Shown here piece after piece: positions 13,156-27,588 of a DNA stretch of 64,000 nucleotides (positions are counted from its first letter, which is position 1; every line of letters begins with the position of its first letter). The translations under genes were made by a program, and so were the position numbers. The notes below the pieces were generated by a model. That model saw only the letters and a list, made by a program, of their open reading frames with translations. It was not told the origin of the DNA and ran no database searches. Source of the stretch: Oopsacas minuta (Eukaryota > Animalia > Porifera); NCBI GenBank assembly GCA_024704765.1, contig JAKMXF010000342.1:124001-188000 (forward strand). The letters are read 5' to 3'.

Positions 13156-14515
13156 CAGGGTGGGCCACGGGAGTCTGATCAAAAGTTAATTGCTCTCATT
13201 TGAAAACGAAAAAGTAGAACTTAATTCTGTAAAAAGATTATTAAAATATAGATAAATAGTTTTATGAATACATCATCCTTTCTTCTTCAGCCATTAATCA
13301 GGTGCTCGATCCATGCTCCTTTCCTACCTAGCACTCTTTGTAGTCTGACAAGCATGTTATCGTACACTTTAGCCAGAGTTTCTCCATTAATCTTCTTGAT
13401 TTCTCTTCTGATGTTGTTCTTGAGGTCCTCTAGTGTCTTAGGAACAGGATCCCTGTACACAACTGACTTCAGGTAACCCTACAGGTAAAATCGCAAGGAT
13501 TAAGGTCCGAGGGATATGGGGGCCAGAAGTTGTCAAATCCACGACCAATCACCCTGTCACCGAACTTCTCTTGTAGCCAGCCCCTAACTAAATTGGCATA
13601 GTGTGGGGGTGCTCCATCCTGATGGAAAGTAATAGTATTCAGTTCACCATGTCTCCTGATGTTGGGAAGGTAGAATCCTTTCGGCATTGCCAGGTATCTC
13701 CACCGGTTCACCGTACAGGTCTTACCATCCTCATCTTCAAAAAAGTACGAGCCTATGATCCGGTCATAGGCAACTGCACACCAGACAACCACCTTTTCAG
13801 TGCTCAAGGGTCTCTGGGCAATAGGTTCTGGTTTCTTCAATGCCCAGAACCTCATGTTCTGCTTGTTAACATGTCCTGAAAGATGAAAGTTTGCCTCGTC
13901 AGGCCAATGTACTTCAGTATCTTCAAAAGTTCTTCCTTAATCTTCTTGGAAATGTACGTGGCAAATTGGACCCTCTTCTTCTGATTTGATTCACTTTGCT
14001 TTTGATGCATCTGTATTTTGTAAGGAAAGGCTCCAATGTCATCATTAAGGATCCTCCTCACTGAGCTCCTACTGATTGCAGTCTCTGCAAATAGCCTTCA
14101 TGTTGCACTTTGGGGTGAATCTGCCAGTTTCTTCTTGATTTTTTGAATGTTTTCAGGGGTTCCAACAGTCTTCTTGGGTCCCTTTCGTTTTCTATTGCCT
14201 ACCGTACCACCCTCCTCCATCCTCTTGACAATATTCATGATTGTGTTCCTTGCAGGAGCCTTCAATGTCTTGTAATGCACCTTGAAAGCTCGTTGGGCCG
14301 AGACAACACTTCTCCCGTTTTCAATACACCAGTAGAGTAACTTCACTTTGACATCCTGCTGGAGCGACATTACATAAACCTAGGGGTAGTTTGGTTAGTA
14401 TTTTTTAAAAACTATTTCTCTCAGCTTTAAAATGAATGGTGAACCACTGAAGTCTGACAAAAATTGCACGTGCTAGAGCAATTTACTTTTGATCAGTCTT
14501 CCGTGGCCCACCCTG
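13156..14515 (-). mobile_element. Tc1/mariner element, DD41D (rosa/VS) type, frameshifted
   Basis: TIRs CAGGGTGGGCCACGG(G/A)AG with TA flanks. I count 41 residues between FHQD and PCDF in ORF 13469-13855. Confidence 0.85.
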
Positions 14516-14689
14516 TAGTTAACCAAATGCAGAAATTTACCCCAAATTATTAGAAATTAGACCCAATAATAGCGAGAATAAGCCCCTCAGTTACAATGGA
14601 CGACTAAGGTTATCCCTGAACTAGTGCCGGGTCTTGAAAAAGAGTCGAAGCTAGAATAGAGCTCAATGAACTGTAAAAACAATACAGCG

Positions 14690-17600
14690 CACAGTGGCTT
14701 GAAATGGGAGTTAGTAAAGAATGGGTACTTTCATTTGAAATAGACTTGTATAATGTATTATTAGCATATTGATTATCATAAGCTAGGAATCATTTGTTCC
14801 ATTCAAAATTTTTATATGGTTTCTATATCTGATGTTCTGACGTCATAGCTTCATGCTGAATTTTGTTTTCTTTAATATCTGATTGTATAATAATTTTAGC
14901 CCTATATATTGTATCCTTTGGGTATAGTATATCATAACTATGGAAGCAAATACAACTGTTAGAATTTCAACATTACTCATAATTTTTATAAAATGACGTC
15001 ATATACATTTTTTCATAATTTTTGCTTTTGTACTTCATACTTCTAAATGCATTTTAGAATTTGTATCTTTTTTTGTGTTAATATATATATATCCATTCTA
15101 ACAATTTCTGGATAAAAACAATTAGCACTTATATTCCGAAATGTTATATTTGTATTATTCATTTGGTAACATTCAGCAAACTACGTTATTCCAATATCGT
15201 ATCAATAATAAGGCCTTTAAGGGTATTATCAATAGATGAATCTAATAAATCTGTTGCATTGTCTCTACAGCACTTAGCTCTTCGGGTATGACCGTGTTCT
15301 TCGCACTTTCCGCACACCACTGTCGATCGATATTTATTAACACTGGATCGCTTTCAGATGTGAGTCTGACAAATATATCAATGACATTATCCTCAAAGGA
15401 AGTTTTCCTTGCTAGATTTTTCCTTTATTTCTTGATTAATTTGTTGCAAGCTTCGGATCCTTCTTCGCTAAAGCATTTTAATCCATTCCCAAAGTTCATC
15501 TCTCTCAGTATTTCTTCAGAATGGCCTAGTAATTTATGTAAAGTCGGTGTAATGTTCCCCAGGGAAAGGAATGAAGAATAAGGAGGTAGGTGTCTGTACA
15601 AAGGTTACCTAATTCTTCTGTAGTGATTTTCTGTCTGAATTTATGAATCTCAGAATGGCAGATAATTGTGTGTGCAATTTACAAAATGAGTCCCTATGGT
15701 CAATCTTAACCAAAGACATTCCGCATTCAATAAACTTGGAATCGTTTGATAAAGCTCTTCGAGTCACACCACTAGTGGAAATAGTGTCTCCTTTTGGGTC
15801 TGGTTGGCTAATTCTTAGACCTGTTAGGTCTTAAACTATTGTTCGCACATCCATCATAGAGTCTTTAATTTCTTTTGATGATGTTTATCATGTTGAGCTT
15901 GTTATAATTCAGGTGGTACACAAGTAAATTGAACCATCTAAAAATGCTCGTATAGGAATGTAAGGAAGAAGCAGGTAGAATATCTATTGTTGATAATGGT
16001 TGGTGAGTCAGGTTAAATCTTTGATTTGTTGGTAATGAAAAGAAAGCATCAATGTCTTCCAGTTCTCCAAATAATTGAATGGCGTCTGAAATGTTTCTAT
16101 TGATGGGATAGCCTTGCATAATTAAATCACGATCTTTTAGTTCTTTCTGCGTTGCAGTACATAGTTGGCAACTCGCACCTCCTGCTCCTGAGAGAATATT
16201 TGCCATTTTGCCATCAAGCATTGATCGGACAACTTCGACAAATATATGTTTATCATCGGCAAAATATAACCTTGGTCCTTCATTTGATCTATTTCGGGAT
16301 TGATGATATCTTTCATAAATTGGTGAACATTGTCATGATTTTCTGTAGCAGCAAGAAGGAAATTGGACGTTGGGAGAATGGAGAATGGAGAATTCGGGCA
16401 GTTGTTTTTCCAAAGTTCCTTTCCACTAGAATTGACAATGTGTATTGCTTTGAAGCAAAATAGGATGAACCATTTGGTAGATGTATTCCTATTTGGTTGA
16501 TTGTATACGGTATGCTTTCCAGATCCATCTAAGCCATCAGAAATCTGAAATCAGAGAGGAAAATCCTCATTTGAAGGGGACGGTAGAGTGGACATAATTC
16601 TACAAAATGTATGGAAGACAAATTGAGCATATGGCACACACACACCAACCGGGGCTGTAGGATTCGGGTATAGTTGAATCATACTTCGTAGTACTAAATT
16701 ATTTCTGCTCGGCCACCTTTTGATATGTAGGAAAGTGAATTTCATTAGATAACAAAAGTTGTCGTGGTAGAGTATACTTCCTCTTGCCAATCTCTAGTAG
16801 ATCCAAAAGATATAATGCCTTGTCCACATCCAATTCTTTGCTTTTGGATGCACGCCCGAATTGACCAGAGAATTTCCCAGCACAATTGATTTAAACACCC
16901 TTGCAACTTCTCGATTGTCTTCTTCATTGCACAACAATTGCAAAGCAAGAGCTGCAATTGTAATTTCAGAAGTTTTTTCGATTACCGAGATGGACCTGAT
17001 AGACTCAAGAACGAGATACGGGAACGTTGATGTTGCAATGAAAGATTGATAAGTTCTTTCTTTTGGTGCACCGACTTAGTTTTTTGGAGGGCTTGTGAAG
17101 CTATGAATAATTCTGAGCAAATTCCAGAATGCCACCAATCTCCATGCAAAGATTCAAGTGATTTTTTTGAAGTTCTAATCATATCTCGTATTCTACGTAG
17201 AATCAATTCAAGTTTAGCCTGCTTGGCATCGTTTAATCCATGGAGATCGCTAAGATAACAGAGAGTTGTTTGGACGCAATTGCCATTTGCTTTCAGGATT
17301 CTCGCTAAATCGAGACGGGATTCAGGGGAAGTCATCGGAGCAATTGGTTCAGCAATTAATCACGGATAGATTACAGTTCGTTCGGAGATTATTGGCAGTG
17401 AATTTGATTTGGTTCCATTCAATATATAAGTTAAGAATGATCAAAATCATATGATTTCTAATAATTGGTACTCTCTCATAATAGAATATATATGAGTAAC
17501 TAACATATAGCTAATAATTTATCTTCTTACCTCCACCTTTGATGCATAACCGAATTCTTTTGTCCATTGATAGACAAAATGGCTTTAAAAATTCAGGGTC

Positions 17601-19441
17601 AAATGTGTTCTATATCTCCAAAATAGCTTCTTTCAACTCATTTGAGCTAGTAAATCTCTTTTTGAGGAGTCTCTTCTTTAGTACAGCCCAAAGATTTTCA
17701 ATTGGCTTCAGATCGGGGCTATTGGAGGGTCAGTCGATCTGATGTAGGACAAATTCCTGTTTCCAAGCCTTTGCTACATTTCCTATATGTATAGGACTGT
17801 TATCTTCCTGTAATACCCATTGATTTCCGTATAAAGCATTAGCTTCTTGTATAAGACACTCATTTAGAACTGTTTTGTATCGTTCTTGGTTGAAGTTTTC
17901 GGTGAAAACTTTGAGGTTTGTTTTGCCCATTACCGAAATACCACCCCAAATATGTAGCTTCGCTGGATGTTTAAAGTTAGCAGGTTAATGGACTGTCCTT
18001 TCTTTGTCCATACATATATCTTTCCTGAATTCATCCATATAGAGCATTCATCAGTAAAGAACACTTTAGACCAGTTCTGACCCCTCATTCGTTTACACCA
18101 TTCTATTCGTTTAGTAATATGGAGTTGTGACAAGGCTGGAATTCTTACTGCCTGGAGATATTGTAAGCCTCTCCTCTTCATTTCCTCCGATAGTGTGCTT
18201 TTGGCAACTGGAGTACTCAATTTTGCTCGACATTCATTCAGAGTGATCCTTGGATTGTGTTGAACGCGTGCCATAATCCTATTACTATCAGACTTGTACA
18301 ATATTTGAGGTCAACCTGCTCCTTTCTTATGAGTCAAGCTTTTGTCAGAAATAGACTTCAAAACACGATATACTCTCGCTCTGGTATAGCTAGTCGTCTT
18401 GATATTTCAGTCGCTTTTGTTATCCCAGCATCAAAGAGTTCCTTTATTCTGATTCTATTCTTTTCCTGAGCCTTCATACCAAAATTGTGGAAAATACTGT
18501 TAGTGAAAGTCAGAGAATATGGGTCTAAAATGTGTGAACAAAAATAATAAGCTCATATTTAATGTCAAAGATCATTTGGGATAGATAAGGCAGAAAATTA
18601 GAATGTCAGTGGATCTATACATTATATTTCGAGATATTATATGTTGCTATAACTTAGACGTCGTAAATAAGGTTGTTTCAGAATATTTGTAAGGGATAAT
18701 GAAAATAGTATTTACTGCCAATAATTTCCGAACGCACTGTATCTATGAGAAAATAGAGGTGTTTGATTGAAAACATAGTACACGCATATGCACACATTTA
18801 TATGTTTAATTTCGTGCAGTAATTTCCAAGAATAATTAGGATTATATGGGTATTCAATAATATAATTACAGATATCACTTTAGGAATTTCCTTAGCAACG
18901 ATTACCGACAATGGAATGTGACCAAAAAAATCAAAGTTGCGCACTGTTTCGGTACCTGTTATCTTCATATAACATACTATACTTATAACCAACAACTGGT
19001 ATTATTGTCGCTTTGAAGTTCTTTGACTTTTTCTTTTCAGACACTTTCAAAATTTATCCAGTGAAAAATGGGATCCATTTTTTGCCCTGAGTACAACAAT
19101 CCTTCACATGAAAAGTACACAGTTTGGAATATATCTGATACAAAATTTGAAATCAGCAGGCAAAATTGTCTAAAATTGATGAAACAATAGATCGCTAATC
19201 TATTTTATAAGGAAACAGAATCAATGTGTGAAAATCTTGTATGTTTTGAATTCTCCGAAACCTTAATTTCAGGATCAAAAACTAAGAAGTTTCGATTCAA
19301 ATATACATAACTAATAGGCTCCCAAATTATTTGAAAATTGGAATGGAAGCTACTTGAATGTTTAGAAACACAATGAAACCATAAAGGAATGAAAGCATTA
19401 CTATGAACAATTTCTTAATTCTTTACTACTAAGCCACTATG
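14690..19441 (-). mobile_element. Transib/RAG1-like DNA transposon 1, decayed, with a nested Tc1
   Basis: Ends CACAGTGGCTT (14690) and AAGCCACTATG (19441); 5-bp TSD CAGCG/TAGCG. Minus-strand motifs ISDGLDGSG, MLDGK...SCQLC, TPTLHKLL and SEEGSEACNK across about 15300-17335. Confidence 0.8.
17520..18739 (-). mobile_element. Tc1 DD34E element nested in Transib 1
   Basis: FTDECSI, then QEDN followed by 34 residues to PIENLW (count spans one stop). Right TIR ends CGCACTG|TA at 18739. The left TIR was not found, so the left boundary is approximate. Confidence 0.75.
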
Positions 19442-22400
19442 TAGCGGACCCTCTAAAAGAATTGTTTTGTGATATTTGGGCCTCAATTGACTATGGAACA
19501 AATTAGGATAACTAGCTTCTTAAAATCATTCAATTTTCAAAATTATTACCAAATCTCCACGAAAAATTCCCCCAATATAATACGCACCAGGACGATTCAG
19601 GGAAATATTTCACTTAAAATTTACTGAAATATTGTCAGATTTCAGAATTTCCAAAGATTTCCCAGTTATATATACTGTTTAATTCGGATAAAAGGTAGCG
19701 GCTCTGGTAACAGAATTATTTGGAATAAGCACTAATTGAAGTTCTTCCTATCCTAATCCCGTTCTTTTATAGTAAATGGAATAGTAGCTGACCAGGATTG
19801 GAGAAATGTTCGTAATAACTTAGTTCTACTCTAACTTTAATACTAATATATTGTTCAATTCGTTGTGTTGTAATTGTTCAGTAGCGTGCTTCGCTTTCCA
19901 GGTCGATGGCGAACTGCTTGGTGCTTCAGATTTATCTTTATTTACCGATTACGGACGAAGTGTTACTTTACTAACGAAAAGGTACACGATAATTTAACCA
20001 CTTCGTTTAAACCAATTCCCTACCAAAATAGAGATTTTACACCTTTTTCGCCTCATAAAATCACAGATTTCCTGAAGTATTCGGTTAAACGACTAAATAA
20101 TTTCGTGCTTATTCTCGCTATGCGACGGAATATACACTGTACTACATGCCAGAATATAAAACAGAAAGAATTTAAATTACTTACTATCCATGCTCCATCC
20201 CTTTTTACATTTGCTGCGCTTAGTTGGTAACACTGGAGCTCTTAAGGGGCTTTGGTTAGTTATCTTGGCACTTTGTGCCTCGTGCATTCAGAAATTCTAC
20301 AAATTAATTTTTGTAGAGTCGTGGAGGCGTAAAATTCATGATGAGTTTCCAATTGTTCAAAGTGATGATGACAGGACATTTGGCATAGTATGGGGCACCT
20401 GTGATTTAATTTTAACTATCTATCATTTATGTTGGCTGTGCTGTGGCTTATAATGTGATTGGTCGAAAAGTCAAAAGGTACAATGATATGATAATTTCGT
20501 CATAGGTGTGAATTTTCGTCCAAGACTTAAATTGTCTGTTCCAAGCCCAAAATACTTAGGTATGCCAATACTCAGCCCTGGGGGTCTTCCAGTTTCTTCA
20601 ATGAATTCTTAACATGTATATATACATACACATAGTGATATATTGCGTTTTGATATTATAGATAACCATAAATGAAGAATTGTGTTTCGAAAATTTGTTT
20701 CAGTCTCTACTGCCATGCAATATTCAGCTACTCTACTTTTACGCCTTCTTGATATGTATTAATGCACCAATATATTAGCACAATCCAGTAGTTCAATTTT
20801 ATTCATAAAGAATTTGTGGACTGTATGGATCACACTTGATCAACTATATCAAAATTAATCAAGTCAATAAAATCTTGCTTTCTAAATGTAGTGAATTCAA
20901 GTAATTATGAGGCTGTAAGTAAACGAAGCGACAAACCTAGTGAGGACCATTTTCATACAAGGCGCACTTGGGGGTAGATAAATTATTCGGCGTACGAAGT
21001 GATACTCTTTCGCCCCTAAAAAGTATTGGTGGGATAAACTGCTCCTCTTAACCTTTAGGATCGATGCTCTTAGTATGAATTAAATCTATGTATTGTTTAA
21101 CAATTTCGAAAACTCAAAATACGTATCTCATCATTAAAAAAGAGCCCAAACCAAATGAAGATCGGTGCTGAGAGCACACTAAGTGGTCTCGATGGATTCC
21201 TAATATTCGGAAACCCTTGTAACTAATACTTGGCAAATGATAAGAGAGTTAATCCTAAAATTATTAAGTACACAGTAGTGTTACATTTGCAAAATAATTC
21301 TCTCAGATTAATGAATGGTTTCGCATTAGAGAAATACATTGAAACAATACTATAGGATCTAGGAGTATATATTTTAGAATATTGAATGAACATTAAAATT
21401 CTGCTAACATATGTAGTAAAATTTTATGGATTTTCCGCAGTAAAGTCAGATACAATTAGGCCTTTTGAAAGTGTTGGAACATTATTAAATCGAAATTTTA
21501 GCATAAATACATTTGTGAACTGTGACATATCCTATTAATACAATTATTAGGTTGAAATTGTACAGGTCATATTAGTGATTTGCTGGGCTCTCATATCTCA
21601 CGATCTCGTTCTTGGTAATACGCTTTTGTATCTGTATATACACATAATATTGAGTATTTCACCAGAAAACTAAAATTAAATTGTAATTCTCTGGATGAAT
21701 CGTGAAATTTATCGCGAACATAACGATTTTGAAAGTTACCAGATTAAGAGCACTGCATCAAAGAATTGCGCATTGAATCTATCCTTTTCCGGGATTGATC
21801 AGATTCTCAATCCCGGAAGAAATATTGCACATAATATAATATGCCTGTGTTCTTATAAATGAAATCAATTTCCAATAACTTAATATGCTAAAATGAATAT
21901 TTCTAAAATAATGAACAACGAGAAATAATATCACAATATAGTGAATGAGAAGGAATATATATCGAAGAGTAATAAGGTTTAGTTCTTGTGATTATCAAGC
22001 GTTGTGTCACCAAGTCTAGTTCTAATTTTATTGCAAAGTACAGCCTACGAAACTACACCCTGTTCTCGGTCTAACATTTCCTGGACCATGAATTATTTCA
22101 AGTCTATTAAATTTGACTTGCAAATTATATTTTTCTCGATAATATACAATTGGTGCATTTAGGCTCGAATAAGTGTATTATTGATAGTTAATAATTTACA
22201 CAGCCATGTCATCTAACTATTACCAGTTTGAAATGACATCTGTTTGTTTAAAAGGATGGCACATGTTTTGGAAACAATTGCTAATTGTAACTTCTTAGCT
22301 ACTTACAAGTCAATTGCATCTTTGTGAAATTGAGTTATCAAATTAATTATCAATATCGTCCAACAGATCTTCTTCATCTTCCACTTTCGGGATTGATCTA

Positions 22401-24300
22401 GCAAGCAAATCGTGACAAAATGCCATTATTATACCTCTTTTTTCAGTTGTGATTGGGGATTTTGTAAGATTGGTAAATTATAGCAGCATCTGTCTAAAAC
22501 TCCTGTACAATACGTTGGTCAAAAGCTTTCTGGATTTTCTCACTAAAAATATGAATTCTAGCTTTGGAGTTCTTCCAATAAAAACTCGATAGTTACTTCT
22601 GCTATCTTCAAATTTCATCACTTCTGTATTATGCTTTTATCGCTACTTTGATTGTGCTCAGGATTAGATTATTCCTTGAGATCTCTATGAATTCTTGATT
22701 ACTAAGATTTATCATTTCTTGATACCTAACATTGCTTTTGAAAAGTTATTCTTGTATTCGTTCATGCATATTTAATAACGAACTCCACTTTGTCTTGCAA
22801 TCTATACCTATCTGTGAATGCATGATTAGACCAACTAAATAAACTTATGATTAGTAGTTGTTCATGATTATCAGAGGAACCATATTGATTTGGGGGGGTT
22901 TATTCTTACCTTGTCCCGAATATAATTATTTAGGAGTATCTGAACGTTCGCCAAACAGCGTCTAAACATTCCCGTAGTATATAGTCGATGCGCGTAATTT
23001 TGAGCTATTTATCAATTAATGAACTCTGTAAACGCTTTAAAATATATACATGATGCAGGTAGAAAATATCGGTCTTTAATGGTGCCGTCCTCCAGCTAAT
23101 TCTGATTCGTAACACTGAGTTCATAAAGTTATGTATGCCATAATATTCCATCCACAGGCCAAATTGTGTACAATATGTTCCAATTTGTGTAATTACTCAA
23201 TAGGCAATTAACAACGAAAAGCATTACTTTATACCATTCATTAATATCATTTTATATATAGATCTTAAAATGAAGCCAGAGTATCGAATTTGGTGCCTAA
23301 AATAGCATTTCCCATAATACCATTGATTATACCAAAATTTGATATTCTTTTGATATGGATACAGTCATAATATTATATTTTGTTGAACTTTGCCAACTCT
23401 GCACTTTTCATGTATTTTTGGTATATTAGAAGTTATTATGCATTTTAACCCGTTTTAAGGTCAGATTTTCTATGCCGATCATCGTATTAGTCATGAAATT
23501 TCATTTATTGGAGGGTCATATGATCATATTTGGAAGAATGCAAAAATGTGACACCTTCCATTCTTAATTTCTTTTACCTCTTTTAACCCTATCGAATCAA
23601 TCCTCTTTCGACTCCGATCGGTAATTTGGGAGCAACTAGGCGTAAGATAAAACTCCACTAATGGCCACTTTATGACATTTAATGAATACAGGATGATATA
23701 TTATTTTGAAATACATAATTTATGATTAAAACCCTTTAGCAGAACACAATTCTATGGACAGCTATCCTCTTAAAATATTGTTTATTTGCATACTTATATC
23801 TATATGAGAGTAATCAGGGAATACATGTTATGATATTACCAAGTATACAATCACAGTGTTCATATTTATTGCTTATACAGTGTTTGATAATAGCTTCAAG
23901 AGGATTGAGGGGTTGAAGTTCATTAGTACAAGTCTTTTTCCAAGTCCATACTTGACCCCTTTTTGTACCTGAAAGCTTATGTCAGGACTCTAGTCCTGTT
24001 AAATATAGGATTAATTTCAAAGCCTTTTCAGGCTTGGACCCATGCCTGGAATTAATACTAATCACCTACCATTAAATGGCCAAGATGAAGCGCATACTGC
24101 ATACTTCACTCAAATATCATAATTGAACGCATGGCATATGCAATATGAATTTAACTAGACATAAAGGAGAGAAATTGAATATATATTATAACTTTCCGTA
24201 GTTGCTAGCCCGGAAAAGAGTATTTGAGTTCAAGAACAAATAATTATAATTGTTCTGACCAGTCTTTTTTGTTTGTACTTTTCATTAGACTTCTTTGTAG

Positions 24301-24541
24301 ATTTTTGACAACCCTCTCACCTAATGGAAAGTCTATTTCTAATGGTATGTCCCAATCTTTGGGAGAATTTCATGAATTTTCTCGAAACCCTAATGTTTAT
24401 GAGCCGGCTGTATTCTCAAGATTAATGTCCAAACCTTATCACCACGATATTTCTGATGACATGTATGCTCTTCCAGGATCTTTAATTGATATTCTTACTT
24501 CTCTTGAAGAAAACAATCTATCCCTTATATTGAACTCTCAG
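24301..24541 (+). CDS. CFAP100: CFAP100-like gene, middle exon
   Basis: TTGTAG|ATTTTTG acceptor joins the previous exon in phase 2, giving VYE-L-FLTTLSP (compare VYK-D-FLYKLSP). Ends ALPGSLIDILTSLEENNLSLILNSQ|GTACTT (compare [21 protein letters not shown]). Length 241 nt, phase 2 to phase 0. Confidence 0.85.
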
Positions 24542-25369
24542 GTACTTACTCTTTTTCTAATTATTCTCCTGATTTTATACCATATTTTCAGTTATCTTGA
24601 CTATTCTGAGCAACAAGTAATATCCTTGAGGACATTTTTAGAACTTTACCAATTTTGACTTACCTACAGGATTATCTACCCATTCCAGTATATTGTTACT
24701 TCTGATGTTTTTAACTTTCTTGATAACACTTTTAGAGTCTACATTAATATCATATCATCTTATATTTCGTACAGTGCATTGATTCTGCACGTTATGTTTA
24801 GTGTGCTTCCTATTCGTTGTGTTGCAAAATCAATTGTAATCTTCATTGCTTTCTCTTACCCTAAAAGATACACAGATATTTTATCTGAATGCAATTATTT
24901 TCGTATTTTGTCTTTCTTTGATATAACTTACGCCAATAATTCTTGCCATTCAAATTATCACTAGATTCAGAATAATTTTTATTCTTTGATCCCATCTTTT
25001 CAAAATTCCACATAATTTGATATATTTTGGCATAATTTGACACATTTCGCTTCTATACAATGATGATATCATTGACATGTATTTCTTCCCATACCTGGGT
25101 AACCAATCCCTGGTCCTGAAAAATAGCCATTGGCATTGCGTAAGTGTGTTACAAATGCCATGAATATACGTATTATTTTGAAAATGCTTAAGACATCCTA
25201 TTTTATAACCCTATATTATTATTGTTATACCATAATTCTTCACTATTTTCTTTACCTTATGACTTTCAGTGTCTTTGTTTGAAATTGTTAGTTTTCTTAA
25301 CTCGATAACATCATATTTTTCCTTATTCTCAATATTTTCTTCATTTTTTTACAACTTTATCAGATTCTT

Positions 25370-26160
25370 CACCACTAGATTGGTTAATAATCAGGAACAA
25401 GTTAGCAAAACTATTGACAAACTCTTGAGAACCTGCCACCTCACTATGAATGATATTTCAAAATATGTGGCTGTTAGTTTAGCAACTGTATATAGGGTCA
25501 AATCCTGGAATTGGATGAAATTAGATTTGAAACAGAAGAAAGGATCTGTTGACCACCTAAACTAAGTATATTATATTAGAAGAAGTTTTATTAGTAGATA
25601 AAACATAGCCCACATTTATTTTTCCATTCTTTGGCTCAGATTGCTCCAGATAATCCATCTGATGAAACAGTAATACGAGCCTTAAACAATTGGATTATAT
25701 GAAGAGATATCCATCAAACCCCCCTTTAGTTACTGAAAAGAATCGATATCCCGCGTATATGGGCTCGGAAACACAAGTATCCCATTGTGATACCATACAA
25801 CCTATTCGGATGATATGTTTGTTTGGCTATCCATAGATCAGGTTACAATGTGGACGAAATCTAACCAAATTCGTTAGTCTCAAACACCAAACATGTTCCG
25901 AAAAATCAATGTCTTGGCTGCAATTAGCTCAATGGGAACATTCTTGCTGTGTTCTTTTACAGATAATATGAATATTGTAAGATGTTATTAACATTTTCGG
26001 AGGAACATCTATTATTTCAGGCCGAAGTCTTCCACCAAATCAGTTTCGTTTGGCGACGGATAATGATCCCGAGCACACGTCGAAGATAACCAAAGAGTTT
26101 CTGGCCAAGAGATCTTACACAAATACCATGGGCATCCCAGGAGGCAGTTCCAAGCGAAAT
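25370..26160 (+). pseudogene. Heavily decayed Tc1-like transposase remnant
   Basis: SLATVYRV HTH-like piece near 25480 and TDNDPEHTSK near 26056. Boundaries are approximate. Confidence 0.5.
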
Positions 26161-26262
26161 ATTAATGTTGTTTTATTTGAAATTTAATTCAAGAATTTGA
26201 TAAATTTTAAAGAGAGCAAATTGTGCTGTTGTTTTTATGATATGAACAATATAGTAGATATA

Positions 26263-27588
26263 CAGGGTGTAACAAAAGTATTGTCGTTTCATATAATGAA
26301 TCAAACGTAAGCAAAATACAACAATTATTACATTATTACTTCCCACTATAGTATCCTTGTCTTTCTAATACGAGTGCTACTCGCCTAGGCATACTGGAGA
26401 CCATATTTTGCAAAACATTTCCTGAAATATCACTCCATGCCTTTTCCAAATTTTTGATGAGGTTATTCACGGTGCTTGCTTGCTCAAACTCTTCCACTTT
26501 GTCTTTCAGTATTGACCATAAGTTTTCAATAGGATTGAGGTTAGGTGAGTTCCCAGGCCACTCCGCTTTCTGCCAAACGCTGGAAGATTCTATTTGCACC
26601 ATTCTTGCGTCAGTTTGGCCGTAAGAGCGGGAGCCCCGTCTTGCATAAAAATTATCTTGGAAATCTTTGAAGTCATGGCCCGCTGTAAAACCGATCCATT
26701 TTTGTTCTTCTATTGATCGTATCTTTGCAAGATCCAGCCAAAATCTTCGTACGATAGTACTCTCCATTAATAGTTTGCCCCTGAGGTATAACATGTAGCT
26801 CAGATAGGGCTTGGTGAGACATCAATGCCCCAAACGTGAACTTTCGCCGGAAATTTTATCTTTGTGCAGGGTTCGATTGAACCAGAATCCTTGCTCTAGA
26901 CTCGGTCATTCTGTCTGTTTGGAGTTGGAGACAATTCGAATGGAGATCCATCCGACTACAGAACTCTATTCCAATCTTCTACAGTCCAATCCTTGTGTTT
27001 CTGCTCAAATTCGATCCGGTTTTTCTTCATTTTCAAGGTCAATCGAGGCCCTTTCGGCCTTTTAAATGGCGTAGTACCTAGAGACTTCTTAAATATCGAT
27101 GTACAGAGGTGTGAGAGACATCACAACCTCTTCTCGTTAATCTCAGAGCTAGCTTTCGTGTAGATTGCCTTCTCTTCCCCAAAGACTTTGCGATGGCAAT
27201 TTTCGGCGGTTGTTCAGACTTAGGCTTTGATTCCATTGAAAATCTCAATTTATCGCCACGCCCCCATCTTTGAACTGATCGAATATTGACATTCCACACT
27301 TGATCAACCTTTTTAGGCGTTTCTCCTGCTTTAAGCATCCCCAATGCCTGAGATCTTAAAGATAATCTGTAATCCGGGACATTCATATCACAACAATAAG
27401 TAGAAATTTCCAAAATGACGAAAATAATTCCAAAAATATATTTATGTAAGATTTGACTTCACTCGAGTTTAACTAAGTAGTATAAAAACATATTTACTGA
27501 GAGAAATCAATAGCGAGGGGCTGTATACGAATGTGGAATTCGAATTTAATGTATATTAAAATGACGACAATACCTTTGTTACACCCTG
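26263..27588 (-). mobile_element. Tc1/mariner element, DD37E (TRT-like), decayed
   Basis: TIRs CAGGGTGTAACAAA(A/G)GTATTGTCG with TA flanks. MQDGAP...WPGNSPNLNPIENLW gives a 37-residue spacing after correcting one 1-nt deletion. Confidence 0.8.

Noticed and set aside
21787-21818. 12-bp perfect hairpin TTCCGGGATTGA/TCAATCCCGGAA as a terminator or RNA gene
   Set aside because: The context is eukaryotic intron, and CGGGATTG recurs in transposon-like ends, so it is probably transposon debris.
22300-22800. LINE reverse transcriptase remnant (KIQKAFD on the minus strand)
   Set aside because: A single short motif amid many stops is not enough to call.
24224-24658. 144-aa ORF as a stand-alone gene
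   Set aside because: Only 24301-24541 matches CFAP100 and has splice sites; the flanks are intron read-through.
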